Positions 52,253 to 63,225 of a DNA stretch of 64,000 nt are shown here, in pieces. The position numbers and the translations under genes are program-made. The stretch spans positions 1,024,001-1,088,000 of the forward strand of contig CAXXHB010000003.1 of assembly GCA_963664815.2 (NCBI GenBank). The letters run 5' to 3'. Every line of letters starts with the position of its first letter. The stretch's first letter is position 1. Under the pieces are notes generated by a model, which saw only the letters and a list, made by a program, of their open reading frames with translations, had not been told where the DNA came from and ran no database searches. This stretch comes from Spirochaetota bacterium (GTDB lineage: Bacteria > Spirochaetota > UBA4802 > UBA5550).

Positions 52253-53644
52253 CTATTGTCTGGTTGCGGTAAGAAACATCTGGGTTCCGGTGTCCTCAAA
52301 TATTATTGTTAAATCCCTGGCATCCGTATCCTTAAGAAGGGCCGCAAATTCATCCTCTGTCCGGTAGTAAAGAACCCAGTCATGCCAGTACTCCAGGAAC
52401 CAGCGGCTCCGGTTTTTAAAGTGGTAATTCCCTACCAGCAGCCTGCCCCCCGGTTCAAGCAGCGAATACATCTTCTCTATAACAGCCTTGGCAACGGGCG
52501 GTGTCAGGTAATCAAAGAGCCCCATTGAATAGATGCAGTTGAATCTGCCCCATGTGTCTGAAAGGTTTTTTGTACGAACCATAGTTCTCACGGAGTCTCT
52601 GATATACTGTACATTTATTTTATAACCGATTCTTTTTTCTATAGCCTGGATGTTCTCCGATGCTTCGTTTATGGCTTCAGCATCCTGATCCAGCAGAGTG
52701 CAGTGGAAAATCTCTGCATCACTTTCGCCGGAAAAAATATCATTCAGCTCATAAGCAGGGCCGCATGCAACTGACATGAATCTGAAAGGGGTGTTTTGCA
52801 CGCCGTAAATCTCATCCCTGATGGTTCTGATAAGTTTCGGAATCATGATTCTCCTGTTTCTCACGGCCTGCGCTGCGGGATGCTCAAGTGAAAATTTGTA
52901 GAGGATTTTGGAGAAAATACTGTCGCCTCTGTATTCGTTTTCATAGATCATTCTCATGGTTTCTGAATCGCCAATATATCCCCTCGGCTTGATATTGGTA
53001 CGTGTCATGAATTCCGAGCAGAGTATTATATCCCATACCTGCTTCCTCAGGTAAAATCCATGTATCTCGTGTTCTTCGTGTGTGTAATTGCTTATCACTC
53101 TTTCCAGATCTTCAAGATATGCAGCAAAGAAATCCATAAACCTTCTCCCTTCGGTGCTGATGACTGCCTGAATAACAGGTTCTTTTACAGAATCCGGTTC
53201 CGGTTTGATTGTGCTGTCGAGTTCGTCAAAAAACTGTTTATAGACCTTTAAATCGTAGGTAAGCATGGATACGTAGTTTTTGAAATCATCCCTCACTCTG
53301 TCTTTGTGGTTGAGTATAAGGGCAAGATTTTTTGAAAGCTCATCCGGGTTGATGAAGTCTTTATTACTGAAGAGAATATCAAAATTATATAAATCGTCAA
53401 TAAAAACAAGGCGTCCATTGATACCGCAGATATCTGTCTCAGATAAAAACCGGCAGTTTCCCAGTTCATAATTTTTGCTGTCAACAGATATTGAAAGGGA
53501 TGAGAACTCTTCACCATCCCGTATGGACTGGCAGTTCTCAAATTTTATGAATATGGAATACCTGGAGGCGTAATGTATTTCCACAGGTATGGATATATTG
53601 TCAGACTTCAGTATTCCGTTAAATGTATTATTATTTTTTTCCAT
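52253..53644 (-). CDS. class I SAM methyltransferase, PhcB-like
   Basis: KPRGYIGD, AVRNR, SVACGPAYE, LLDQD, YSMGLFDYL, LEPGG..GN, W.LYYR; 463 aa. Confidence 0.75.
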   Translation of the reverse strand: MEKNNNTFNGILKSDNISIPVEIHYASRYSIFIKFENCQSIRDGEEFSSLSISVDSKNYELGNCRFLSETDICGINGRLVFIDDLYNFDILFSNKDFINPDELSKNLALILNHKDRVRDDFKNYVSMLTYDLKVYKQFFDELDSTIKPEPDSVKEPVIQAVISTEGRRFMDFFAAYLEDLERVISNYTHEEHEIHGFYLRKQVWDIILCSEFMTRTNIKPRGYIGDSETMRMIYENEYRGDSIFSKILYKFSLEHPAAQAVRNRRIMIPKLIRTIRDEIYGVQNTPFRFMSVACGPAYELNDIFSGESDAEIFHCTLLDQDAEAINEASENIQAIEKRIGYKINVQYIRDSVRTMVRTKNLSDTWGRFNCIYSMGLFDYLTPPVAKAVIEKMYSLLEPGGRLLVGNYHFKNRSRWFLEYWHDWVLYYRTEDEFAALLKDTDARDLTIIFEDTGTQMFLTATRQ

Positions 53645-53649
53645 TCAGG

Positions 53650-54021
53650 TCACTTCCCGGTGATTTCAATTCTGCGATCCCTGGTTTCAAAAATTTTTAA
53701 TGCTGAAAAACTGAGATCCTGCCATTTCTTCGACTTTTTATATTGTATTGAAACTGAACTGTTCATATCATTGGCTTTTTCCACTGTCCTGATTACAGGA
53801 GTAATTGTGGATGAGTTCATATATTCAAGCTCCAGGAAATTCAGAATAACCATCTTGCCGAACTTTATGCTGTTGTTTAACGACTCTGTGAGAATGGGGG
53901 ATATGAAATCTGACGGATCGCGCTCGGTGCTTTTCCCTTTAAACCTGATGTTTATTTCGGTTTGCGTTTCTTCCACCTCAATTGTAAGCATACTGCTGGT
54001 AAAAGTTTCAACATGTGACAT
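53650..54021 (-). CDS. STAS/SiaC-like phosphoacceptor protein
   Basis: LNFLELEYMNSST matches the anti-anti-sigma LDxxxLxYMDSS motif. Confidence 0.7.
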   Translation of the reverse strand: MSHVETFTSSMLTIEVEETQTEINIRFKGKSTERDPSDFISPILTESLNNSIKFGKMVILNFLELEYMNSSTITPVIRTVEKANDMNSSVSIQYKKSKKWQDLSFSALKIFETRDRRIEITGK

Positions 54022-54531
54022 TTATAACCTCCCCGGCTCTGACAGATGATAAACAGCTGAAACAGATATTATATTATTATCATTCACAAAAAAGTCTATT
54101 ACCGACTGTCCTTCATAGGCAATGCGGACAATCCCCAGACCGCTCTGTGTGTCATCTAACGGCTGGCGGGAGATCTCCTTAATCTTTTCAACATATGCCT
54201 CAAAGGGATTCTGGTATCCGCGTACCCACTGAATTATTTTATCCAGACGATTGAAGTGCATGTCGTCTCCATCTTTAACAGGACTTTTCACCTCTACAGT
54301 TATATCTCTCTCAGATATGGTTATTGCAGCGATAATCTCGTCTATGTTGTTTTCGAAATTCCCGTATTTGATGGCATTTTCAAGAAGTTCGCTTATGTTC
54401 ATAATGATCGCGTTTTTCACATTCTCGTCAAGTCTGTCTGAATTCAGAAAACCCTCAGCCTTAACGCGAACTTCTTCTATATTGTCCCATTCCGGTTTAA
54501 TACTCACCACAATCTTTTTATTCATAAACAT
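54022..54531 (-). CDS. anti-sigma/SiaB-like Ser/Thr kinase (HATPase fold)
   Basis: SELLENAIKYG N-box, SGLGIVRI G-box, no HisKA. Confidence 0.75.
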   Translation of the reverse strand: MFMNKKIVVSIKPEWDNIEEVRVKAEGFLNSDRLDENVKNAIIMNISELLENAIKYGNFENNIDEIIAAITISERDITVEVKSPVKDGDDMHFNRLDKIIQWVRGYQNPFEAYVEKIKEISRQPLDDTQSGLGIVRIAYEGQSVIDFFVNDNNIISVSAVYHLSEPGRL

Positions 54532-54955
54532 CTCCGGGAATTTATCAGCCTGGTAACTATCAATTTAACAATATAGATAAATTATAGAAAAACCAAATTT
54601 TTTTATAACAGTCTGCATTTCTGTTTTTTAGGGGGTATAAGGCTGATAAATTTCCTTATCTTTTAAATTGGCGGGATCACTGCAAAGAAGCCAGTTCCAT
54701 ATTTAAACCTTTTATAAATATAATTCGGAACACGATTTCAGGATTAAAGGATTAACGGAATTACCTGTGAATACAACGGCAGATTTAAAGGTCAGAGGAT
54801 TTCGTTTACTTTATACTAAAACAGGTGCTGAGGAACTAACGTTGAAATGTAATATAAATTCTGATCTGACAGTAACAAATATAACCACATATCTGTTGAT
54901 ATTTTGAGTTGCAAATTAATCCGGTTTTTATATATATAACATATGGAGCTTAAAT

Positions 54956-55168
54956 ATGCCTTTCATAAAAATAGAGGGATTCACGGGGAACATCTATGTA
55001 CCCGAAAAAAACCAACAGAAAAAAAAGCATCCCTGTGAAGACTGTTTTTCATGCCAGTTCTGCAGCGATGAAAGGTGTGAACTCTGCCGCAGGAATAAAT
55101 GCTGCACAAATACGAAAGAATCATCATCTCCCCCTGTGACAGTTGAAAACAAATCTGTGAAAGAATAA
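54956..55168 (+). CDS. small Cys-rich hypothetical protein
   Basis: GGAG RBS; CEDCFSCQFCSDERCELC...CC. Confidence 0.65.
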   Translation: MPFIKIEGFTGNIYVPEKNQQKKKHPCEDCFSCQFCSDERCELCRRNKCCTNTKESSSPPVTVENKSVKE

Positions 55169-55184
55169 TTATGAAATACAGGTT

Positions 55185-55201
55185 TTAACGGTATATTAAC
55201 G
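55185..55201 (+). promoter_or_regulatory. candidate KdpE (OmpR-type) direct-repeat site
   Basis: TTAACG-N5-TTAACG, 11-bp period, upstream of kdpA. Confidence 0.35.
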
Positions 55202-55324
55202 ATCATAATGCGGAAATTCACTAAAAACTCACCAATGCTGCAATAATCTTAACCAGTATAAAATTGAAAAAATCCCTTTTAGTCTTTAAATCAATACTAT
55301 CAGTAATTTATGGGGAGAAAACAT

Positions 55325-57031
55325 ATGAATACTATTGATATTACAGCGCTCCTGATATTTTTTGCAATTCTCATTACAGCTTCAGTTTTTCTTGGTAAAT
55401 ATATGATGAAGGTGTTTACCGGTACGAAAACATTTATGACACCGGTAATACGTCCGCTGGAGCGGTTAGTCTACAAAGTTTGCTCCGTTGACGAATCATC
55501 GGAAATGTCCTGGAAAACCTACGCATGGGCATTTATTCTGTTTAATATTGCTGGTGTAATACTCCTGACCGTTATTCAGATGGTTCAGGGTTATCTCCCG
55601 CTGAATCCGCAGAAACTTCCCGGCGTAAAATGGGACAGCGCACTGAACACGGCTATCTCTTTTGTTACCAATACCAACTGGCAGGGTTACAGCGGCGAGC
55701 TTACTATGAGTTATTTTTCGCAGATGACCGGGTTGACGGTACAGAACTTTGTCTCCGCCGGAATAGGAATGGCAGCCGGACTTGCCCTCATCAGGGGATT
55801 TATTCAGAAAGAATCAGACTCTGTAGGGAACATATGGGTGGATCTTACACGCTCGGTTCTTTACGTGCTTCTTCCTCTTTCTGTTATTACTGCGGTGATT
55901 CTGATGTCTCAGGGTGTAATTCAGAATTTCCATTCCTATGTTACCGCTCAAACTCTTGAGGGGGGGAAACAGCTTCTTCCTATGGGGCCTGCGGCATCAC
56001 AGATCGCGATTAAGCAGCTTGGTACAAACGGAGGAGGTTTTTTTAATGTCAACTCGGCCCATCCATTTGAGAACCCGACATTTATATCCAATCTTTTAGA
56101 GACATTTTCAATAATAGTTATACCTGCGGCGTTTGTATTTATGTTCGGTTATATGCTCAATAACCGCAAACAGGGGAGAGCAATCTTCGCAACAATGGCG
56201 CTTCTCTTTGCCATGGGCCTCTGTTTAATTCTCTGGAGTGACAGCAAAGTTACTCCTGTATACGAAAATGCCGGAATTTCAGGTTTACAGAACATGGAGG
56301 GGAAGGAAAACAGAATAGGAGTCTTCTGGTCAGGTGTATGGAGCCAGATTACGACAGTTACCTCAAACGGTTCAGTGAACAGTATGCATGACAGTTATAT
56401 GCCTGTAGCAGGTTTGGTGCAGATGTTCAATATCGGAATTGGAGAGGTAATATTCGGCGGCGTCGGAGTCGGACTTATCGGGTTTCTTTTTTATGTAATT
56501 CTGTCGATGTTTGTCGTGGGTCTGATGATCGGACGGACCCCGGAATTTATGGGTAAAAAGTTCGGGCCGTACGAGATGGGGATGTCGCTCATTGCGCTGC
56601 TTGTTCCTATGTGTACAGCTGTGATATTTTCCGCTATAGCTGTTTCCACCCAACCCGGGCTTTCAGGCCTGAATAATCCCTCGGCTCACGGGCTTTCTGA
56701 AATTCTTTATGCTTATTTTTCAGCTGTGGGGAATAATGGTTCAGCATTCGCAGGACTTAATGCCAATACGCTGTTTTACAACAACACACTTTCAATAGCG
56801 CTTCTCGTCGGACGTTTTGCAACAGTACTCCCGGCACTTGCTATCGCTGGTTCTCTTGCTCATAAGAAAATAGTGCCGGACAGCCCGGCGACATTCCCGA
56901 CTAAAGGGATTCTCTTTGTCGCCGTTGTTGCCGGTGTAATTATAATTATGGGAGCTCTGACATTCTTCCCGGTTTTTGCTCTCGGACCTGTACTTGAACA
57001 TCTTTTTGTTCAGCAGTCATTAACGTTTTAA
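55325..57031 (+). CDS. kdpA: K+-transporting ATPase subunit A
   Basis: SFVTNTNWQ, LGTNGGG, SNGS.N.MHDS, NNGSAF. Confidence 0.96.
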   Translation: MNTIDITALLIFFAILITASVFLGKYMMKVFTGTKTFMTPVIRPLERLVYKVCSVDESSEMSWKTYAWAFILFNIAGVILLTVIQMVQGYLPLNPQKLPGVKWDSALNTAISFVTNTNWQGYSGELTMSYFSQMTGLTVQNFVSAGIGMAAGLALIRGFIQKESDSVGNIWVDLTRSVLYVLLPLSVITAVILMSQGVIQNFHSYVTAQTLEGGKQLLPMGPAASQIAIKQLGTNGGGFFNVNSAHPFENPTFISNLLETFSIIVIPAAFVFMFGYMLNNRKQGRAIFATMALLFAMGLCLILWSDSKVTPVYENAGISGLQNMEGKENRIGVFWSGVWSQITTVTSNGSVNSMHDSYMPVAGLVQMFNIGIGEVIFGGVGVGLIGFLFYVILSMFVVGLMIGRTPEFMGKKFGPYEMGMSLIALLVPMCTAVIFSAIAVSTQPGLSGLNNPSAHGLSEILYAYFSAVGNNGSAFAGLNANTLFYNNTLSIALLVGRFATVLPALAIAGSLAHKKIVPDSPATFPTKGILFVAVVAGVIIIMGALTFFPVFALGPVLEHLFVQQSLTF

Positions 57032-57042
57032 GGAGATAAATC

Positions 57043-59055
57043 ATGAATTTACTGAGTTCTGAATTTTTATTGCCCTCCTTCAGGGAATCTGTCAGGAAGC
57101 TGAATCCGTTTACACTCTGGAAAAATCCTGTAATGTCTGTAGTGGAGATCGGAGCTTTGATAACAACAACTGCAGCGATAAGAAACTTTTATTCAGGGGA
57201 GAGCGTCTTCTTGTCATTACAGGTCAGTGCCTGGCTGTGGGCAACTGTTATATTTGCGAACTTTGCCGAATCCCTGGCTGAAATAAAAGGAAAGGCAAGA
57301 GCAGAATCGCTCCGCAGCACAAAAAATCTGTTAATCGCAACACGAATATCCGAAAGCGGGAGGGAGGAACAGGTCAGTGCAGCACTCCTCAGAAAAGGTG
57401 ATAGCATTATTGTTCATGAAGGTGAGACGATCCCCGGTGATGGGGATATTATTAAGGGTACAGGCCTTATTGATGAATCCGCAATAACCGGTGAGTCTGC
57501 CCCTGTTATAAGGGAATCGGGCGGAGACAGATGCGGAGTAACAGGCGGAACAAAGCTTCTCTCGGGAAACATTACAGTCAGAATCGCTGTCAATCAGGGG
57601 GAATCCTTTCTTGACAGCATGATTAAGATGGTCGAAAGCGCGAAGAGACAGAAATCCCCCAACGAATCGGCCATGGATATACTGATAACGGCTCTCACCA
57701 TACTGTTTTTAGTTGTTGTAGTTACGCTTCCTGCATTTGCGGAATATATGGGTTTGTCCATAAGTGTTACTGTTCTTGTTGCACTTCTTGTATGTCTTAT
57801 GCCTACAACAATCGGAGGTCTTCTTCCTGCGATAGGAATTGCAGGCATGGACCGGGTTCTTCAGCATAATGTAATTGCAATGAGCGGAAGGGCTATTGAA
57901 GCTGCCGGAGATGTTAACATTGTCCTTCTCGATAAAACCGGAACAATTACATTAGGCAACAGGATGGCTTCGGAATTCATCCCTGCAGATGGCGTTGATA
58001 TGAAACTACTGGTTGAGAATGCAATGTATTCATCTCTTGCCGATGAAACCCCCGAGGGACGCAGTATTGTTGTACTGGCAAAGAAAGAACTCGGTATTCA
58101 CGGAAGCGATATCCGTCAGCCGGCCGGTTCGGTGTTTATCCCTTTTACACCGGAAACTGCGATGAGCGGCATTGATATTGCAGGTCGGAAAATAAGGAAG
58201 GGATCTCTGCATGCAATTGATGAAATGGCCGGGAAGACCGGTATTGTAATACCTGATAAGATATATTCAACGGTTGACCATGTGAGTATGGCGGGCGATA
58301 CACCCCTGGTGGTGATTACCGACGGCAAGGTGCTTGGAGTAATACGTCTTAAGGATATTGTAAAAAGCGGTATCGCGGCCAGAATTGCACAGCTTCGAAA
58401 CATCGGTATTAAATCAGTAATGATAACCGGAGATACACATTTAACTGCAGCATCAATTGCTGCCGAAGCCGGGCTTGATGATTTTATCGCCCAGGCTAAA
58501 CCTGAAACCAAGCTTATGCTGATCAGAAAATACCAGAGTTTCGGGAATATGGTTGCGATGATAGGTGACGGCACCAATGATGCGCCGGCTCTTGCTCAGG
58601 CGGATGTCGCCGTGGCTATGAATGCGGGAACGCAGGCAGCACGTGAAGCCGCGAATATGATAGATCTGGATTCCTCACCGACAAAGCTTCTTGATATAGT
58701 GGAGATCGGCAAGGAGATACTTATAACGCGGGGAGCGCTGACCACTTTCAGCATTGCGAATGATGTTGCGAAATATTTTGCTATTATACCTGCTATTTTT
58801 GCGGTAAAATATCCAGTTCTTGGTATTCTTAATATCATGAGGCTGGAGAGCGCCGAGTCGGCAGTATTATCTGCGGTTATATTCAATGCCCTGATAATCC
58901 CTGCACTGATACCTGTTGCTCTCCGGGGGGTGAAATATCGTGTAACCTCGGTATCAGCTCTTCTGAGAAGAAATCTGATGATTTACGGACTTGGCGGGAT
59001 AATACTACCTTTTATGGGTATTAAAGTTATTGATTTACTGATAAAAGTGATATAG
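57043..59055 (+). CDS. kdpB: K+-transporting ATPase subunit B
   Basis: [27 protein letters not shown]. Confidence 0.97.
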   Translation: MNLLSSEFLLPSFRESVRKLNPFTLWKNPVMSVVEIGALITTTAAIRNFYSGESVFLSLQVSAWLWATVIFANFAESLAEIKGKARAESLRSTKNLLIATRISESGREEQVSAALLRKGDSIIVHEGETIPGDGDIIKGTGLIDESAITGESAPVIRESGGDRCGVTGGTKLLSGNITVRIAVNQGESFLDSMIKMVESAKRQKSPNESAMDILITALTILFLVVVVTLPAFAEYMGLSISVTVLVALLVCLMPTTIGGLLPAIGIAGMDRVLQHNVIAMSGRAIEAAGDVNIVLLDKTGTITLGNRMASEFIPADGVDMKLLVENAMYSSLADETPEGRSIVVLAKKELGIHGSDIRQPAGSVFIPFTPETAMSGIDIAGRKIRKGSLHAIDEMAGKTGIVIPDKIYSTVDHVSMAGDTPLVVITDGKVLGVIRLKDIVKSGIAARIAQLRNIGIKSVMITGDTHLTAASIAAEAGLDDFIAQAKPETKLMLIRKYQSFGNMVAMIGDGTNDAPALAQADVAVAMNAGTQAAREAANMIDLDSSPTKLLDIVEIGKEILITRGALTTFSIANDVAKYFAIIPAIFAVKYPVLGILNIMRLESAESAVLSAVIFNALIIPALIPVALRGVKYRVTSVSALLRRNLMIYGLGGIILPFMGIKVIDLLIKVI

Positions 59056-59631
59056 GTGGGTTATATGAAACAACTTAAAATATCGGTTTTGATGCTTTTA
59101 ATTTTTACGCTGCTTACCGGAGTTATTTATCCCCTGGCAATAGCAGGGATCGGCAGGGTTTTGTTTAAGGAAAAAACAGACGGTAGTCTCATAATAAAGG
59201 ATGAAATTGTTAAAGGCTCATCCCTGATCGGCCAGAAATTTGAGAAACCTGAATTTTTTCAGGGAAGACCATCCGCTGTAAATTATGATGCCGGTGGTTC
59301 AGGAGGGAGCAACCTCGGGCCGACAAATAAAAAGCTTACAGATGGCGTAATAGCCCGCGCTGATCAGATAAGGAAAGATTTCAATATATCGGGTAAAACA
59401 GCGCTTCCTTCAGATTTTATCTTTACTTCAGGGAGCGGGCTTGATCCTCATATCAGTATTGAGGCAGCGATGCTCCAGGCAGACAGGATAGCCGCCGCGC
59501 GGAAAGTCGATAAATCTGTGATACTCAATATAATTAATTCAAATGCCGAGAAACAGTTATTTTATGGAAACGCATATGTTAATGTCCTTAAAATGAATAT
59601 GATACTTGCTGACAGAGGTGAACTTAAATGA
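59056..59631 (+). CDS. kdpC: K+-transporting ATPase subunit C
   Basis: GSSLIGQ, GRPSA, SGGSNLGP, SGSGLDPHIS; start may be 59065. Confidence 0.95.
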   Translation: MGYMKQLKISVLMLLIFTLLTGVIYPLAIAGIGRVLFKEKTDGSLIIKDEIVKGSSLIGQKFEKPEFFQGRPSAVNYDAGGSGGSNLGPTNKKLTDGVIARADQIRKDFNISGKTALPSDFIFTSGSGLDPHISIEAAMLQADRIAAARKVDKSVILNIINSNAEKQLFYGNAYVNVLKMNMILADRGELK

Positions 59632-62294
59632 GTGAACATTACAGACCGGACCCGGAAAATATCCTCGCTGCAATAAAAAAAGAGGAGGAAGAGAGCGGCA
59701 GAGCCAAACTGAAGGTTTTTTTCGGTATGTCTGCCGGTGTCGGTAAGACATATGCCATGCTCAAGGCGGCGCACAAACTGAAAGAGGAAGGTGTGGATGT
59801 CGTTGTCGGTTATGTAGAAACACATAAACGCGCCGAAACTGATGAACTTGTATCAGGCCTTGAGCTGATTCCACGTAAAAAAGCCGATCAAAGCGGACTT
59901 GTTGTTGAAGAATTTGATATTGATGCTGTTCTTCTGAGAAAACCGGAGGTAGTTCTTGTAGATGAGCTCGCACATAGTAACGCTTCCGGATTCCGTCACA
60001 ATAAAAGATACCAGGATGTAATGGAACTGCTTGATCACGGAATTGATGTATATACTACACTGAACGTACAGCATGTTGAAAGCCAGGCGGATGTTGTTAA
60101 TCAGATAACAAGTGTAAAAATACACGAGATCATCTCGGATTCCATACTTGACAGGGCAGATTCGATAGAGCTTATAGATATATCTCCCGAAGGGCTGCTG
60201 AAGCGTCTTTCAGAGGGTAAAGTGTATATACCGGAAAAAGCTGAACTCGCTGCTGAAAGGTTCTTCAGAAAAGGGAACATAACAGCACTCAGGGAGATGG
60301 CTCTCAACTATGTTGCAAAGTCAGTGGATAACGATCTGCAGCATTACATGCAGAGAAAAAACATTCCCGGGCCATGGAAGGCAGGAGACCGGCTGATGGT
60401 TGCTGTAAGCCCCAGCCCTTACTCGGAATATCTGATAAGATGGACCAGAAGAATGGCATTTAATCTGAAAGCCCCATGGATAGCTTTATATATTGAAAAA
60501 CAGCGGCCCTTGTCGGATACAGGACAACGAATTCTTAAAAATAACCTTAATCTTGCAAGGGAACTGGGAGCTGAAGTAATTTCAACTATTGATAACGATA
60601 TTGTCGCAGGTTTATTGAGAATAGCTAAGCAGAAAAATATAACTCAGATTGTCGCCGGAAAACCACTCAGATCTTATTTGTCAGACTTTTTTACAGGGGG
60701 GAATCTCATAGAAAGACTGCTGAAAGCGAGCGGGGATATAGAGATTCATATAGTGAGTCAGCCTGCGATAAAGTCCGCGAGGTTCAGCCTTAAAGGCAGG
60801 CTTAATTTTTCAGTAAGGTGGACTGATTATCTGACAGCAATTATGGCTGTATCAATAATTACTGTTATAAATATTTTTATTGTCAGTTTTACAGGATACT
60901 GGACAATCGCACTGATATTTCTTATTTTTATTCTGCTGCTAGGCTTATATCTGGGCAGAGGAGCAGTCCTTGTTGCGGCAGCATTCAGTGCTATGATATG
61001 GAATTTCCTTTTTATCCCTCCACTCTTTACATTAAGAATAGCAAAGCTTGAAGACCTGATGATGTTTTTTGTTTATCTTATCACCGCAATGATCGTCGGT
61101 GGTCTGACATCAAAACTCCATTCAAAAGAGTGGGCTTTGCGGATAAGAGAGAAGAACATTTCCGATATGTATGAATTTTCCAAAGCCCTTGGAAATGCCG
61201 CTGATATTGACGAAGTAGTCATTACAACTGTCAAGTATATTGAAGTATATTTTAATGCGAAAACAGCATTTATACTAAGGGACGGATCCGGTGTACTTTC
61301 GGCAGTACAGCATAAACATAGTTCCTGCATCATGCATGAGGGTGGAAGAGGAATAGCGGAATGGGTTTATAAAAACAGGAAATCTGCAGGATTAAATACT
61401 GATACTCTCCCTCAGGCATCAGCCACTTATATCCCGCTTAATTCACCGGGGAAGGTGATGGGAATTCTCTGTATACAGTCGGAAAAGGGGTCAACATTGT
61501 CATTTGATCAGGACAACTTTTTCCAGAGCATAGTTTATCAGGTATCCATGAGACTGGAAAGAGAGTTTCTTTCCCTGGAAAACAGAGATTCGCTGCTCCT
61601 GGCAGAATCAGAACGGATTTATAAGATACTTCTTAATTCAATCTCACACGAGCTTCGAACACCTTTGACAACAATTACCGGTGCATCAACAAGCCTGCTT
61701 GATGAGATTGTAGAGTCTAAACCTGAAATCAGGAATGCCCTTGTCAATGAAATATTGAGGGCAAGTGAAAGACTGAACAGACTGGTTGATAATCTTCTGG
61801 ATATAAGCCGTCTGGAATCGGGAATGATGAAACTGAATCTGCAGAAATATGATCCGGGAGATCTTGTCAGTGTTGTGCTCAGGACACTTGAAAGAGAACT
61901 GTCGGATTACAAAGTTTTGGTTGACATTCCTGACAATCTTCCCATGATAAAAATAGATTTTGTGCTGATGGAGCAGGCTCTGGTAAATCTTGTCTACAAT
62001 GCGGTAAATCATACACCTGCGGGGACTGTTATCGGTATCAGTACAGAACTTTCAGAAAACAGTTTTCAGATTACAGTTAAAGATAACGGGCCCGGGCTTG
62101 TACCTGAAGAGATCCCGTTTATATTCGATAAATTTCACAGGGGGGCTTCCTCTCCGGCAGGAGGCACCGGACTTGGGCTTTCAATATGCAGAGGAATCGT
62201 TGAAGCTCATAACGGTTCAGTAACGGCAGAGAATAATACCGACGGTGGAGCGAAGTTTATTATAACTCTTCCGTATTCACCTGGAGAGCTGTGA
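59628..62294 (+). CDS. kdpD: sensor histidine kinase KdpD
   Basis: GVGKTYAML, VDELAH, Usp domain, 4 TM, SHELRTPL. Confidence 0.96.
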   Translation: MSEHYRPDPENILAAIKKEEEESGRAKLKVFFGMSAGVGKTYAMLKAAHKLKEEGVDVVVGYVETHKRAETDELVSGLELIPRKKADQSGLVVEEFDIDAVLLRKPEVVLVDELAHSNASGFRHNKRYQDVMELLDHGIDVYTTLNVQHVESQADVVNQITSVKIHEIISDSILDRADSIELIDISPEGLLKRLSEGKVYIPEKAELAAERFFRKGNITALREMALNYVAKSVDNDLQHYMQRKNIPGPWKAGDRLMVAVSPSPYSEYLIRWTRRMAFNLKAPWIALYIEKQRPLSDTGQRILKNNLNLARELGAEVISTIDNDIVAGLLRIAKQKNITQIVAGKPLRSYLSDFFTGGNLIERLLKASGDIEIHIVSQPAIKSARFSLKGRLNFSVRWTDYLTAIMAVSIITVINIFIVSFTGYWTIALIFLIFILLLGLYLGRGAVLVAAAFSAMIWNFLFIPPLFTLRIAKLEDLMMFFVYLITAMIVGGLTSKLHSKEWALRIREKNISDMYEFSKALGNAADIDEVVITTVKYIEVYFNAKTAFILRDGSGVLSAVQHKHSSCIMHEGGRGIAEWVYKNRKSAGLNTDTLPQASATYIPLNSPGKVMGILCIQSEKGSTLSFDQDNFFQSIVYQVSMRLEREFLSLENRDSLLLAESERIYKILLNSISHELRTPLTTITGASTSLLDEIVESKPEIRNALVNEILRASERLNRLVDNLLDISRLESGMMKLNLQKYDPGDLVSVVLRTLERELSDYKVLVDIPDNLPMIKIDFVLMEQALVNLVYNAVNHTPAGTVIGISTELSENSFQITVKDNGPGLVPEEIPFIFDKFHRGASSPAGGTGLGLSICRGIVEAHNGSVTAENNTDGGAKFIITLPYSPGEL

Positions 62295-62405
62295 ATTTGA
62301 ACAACTCCATATGGGACTGCAGGTTCCGGATTTACAGGCATCTGCCGGCGTAGCGCTGATATGATTGTCTGATTTCAAAGGGAGAATGATGGTGCGGTTA
62401 AAAGA

Positions 62406-63092
62406 ATGAGTGAAGGACCGGTAATACTTATAATTGATGACGAAGTTCAGGTAAGGCGGATGCTTCGTTTAAGTCTTGAGGCCCACGGATATAATGTGAA
62501 GGAGGCAACAACTTCGCAGGAGGGCCTTGACCAGTCTGCTTTATCAAAACCTGACCTTGTAATACTTGACCTGGGGCTTCCGGATCGGAGCGGCCTTGAC
62601 ACTCTCAGGAGTTTAAGGGAGTGGAGCAGGGTTCCTGTTATTGTACTGTCGGTAAAAAATTCCGAACAGGACAAAATTGACCTTCTTGACAGTGGCGCCG
62701 ATGATTATCTGACCAAGCCCTTCAGCATGGGGGAACTTCTTGCGCGGATAAGAACCGCGCTCAGGCACAGCGTTCCGGAATCTTCAGATGGTATAATCAT
62801 TTCAGGTGATCTGACTATAGATATTGTAAAGAGGATAGTATCAAGAAAAGGTGAGGAGATAAAACTTACCCCGACGGAATATACTATAATAAAAATTCTT
62901 GCTGTCAATGCAGGTAAGGTGATTACTCATAATCAGATCATGGATGAGTTATGGGGGCTGAATGCCCATGCTGATTCGAGTTATCTCAGGGTATACATAC
63001 TCCAGCTTAGAAAAAAGATAGAGACAGATCCGTCCAGCCCGAAAATAATACTGACAGAACCTGGTGTGGGCTACAGAATGATTATTGATTGA
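62406..63092 (+). CDS. kdpE: response regulator KdpE
   Basis: LDLGLPD, GADDYLTKPF, YLRVYI.QLRKK, TEPGVGY. Confidence 0.95.
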   Translation: MSEGPVILIIDDEVQVRRMLRLSLEAHGYNVKEATTSQEGLDQSALSKPDLVILDLGLPDRSGLDTLRSLREWSRVPVIVLSVKNSEQDKIDLLDSGADDYLTKPFSMGELLARIRTALRHSVPESSDGIIISGDLTIDIVKRIVSRKGEEIKLTPTEYTIIKILAVNAGKVITHNQIMDELWGLNAHADSSYLRVYILQLRKKIETDPSSPKIILTEPGVGYRMIID

Positions 63093-63225
63093 TTTTATAA
63101 TAAAATTTAATATTTTTCATATATCAGATATATGACCTGTTGCCTTATCTCAGTTTTTTTGTGGTATAAGGAGCAGAGAAGCTTTAAAATCATAGTGTCA
63201 GATTAATCCGCAACCCTGGAGAAGA

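Noticed and set aside
660-62908. Many 60-230 aa antisense or alternate-frame ORFs overlapping long genes
   Set aside because: Shadow ORFs of well-supported CDSs, with no motifs or RBS.
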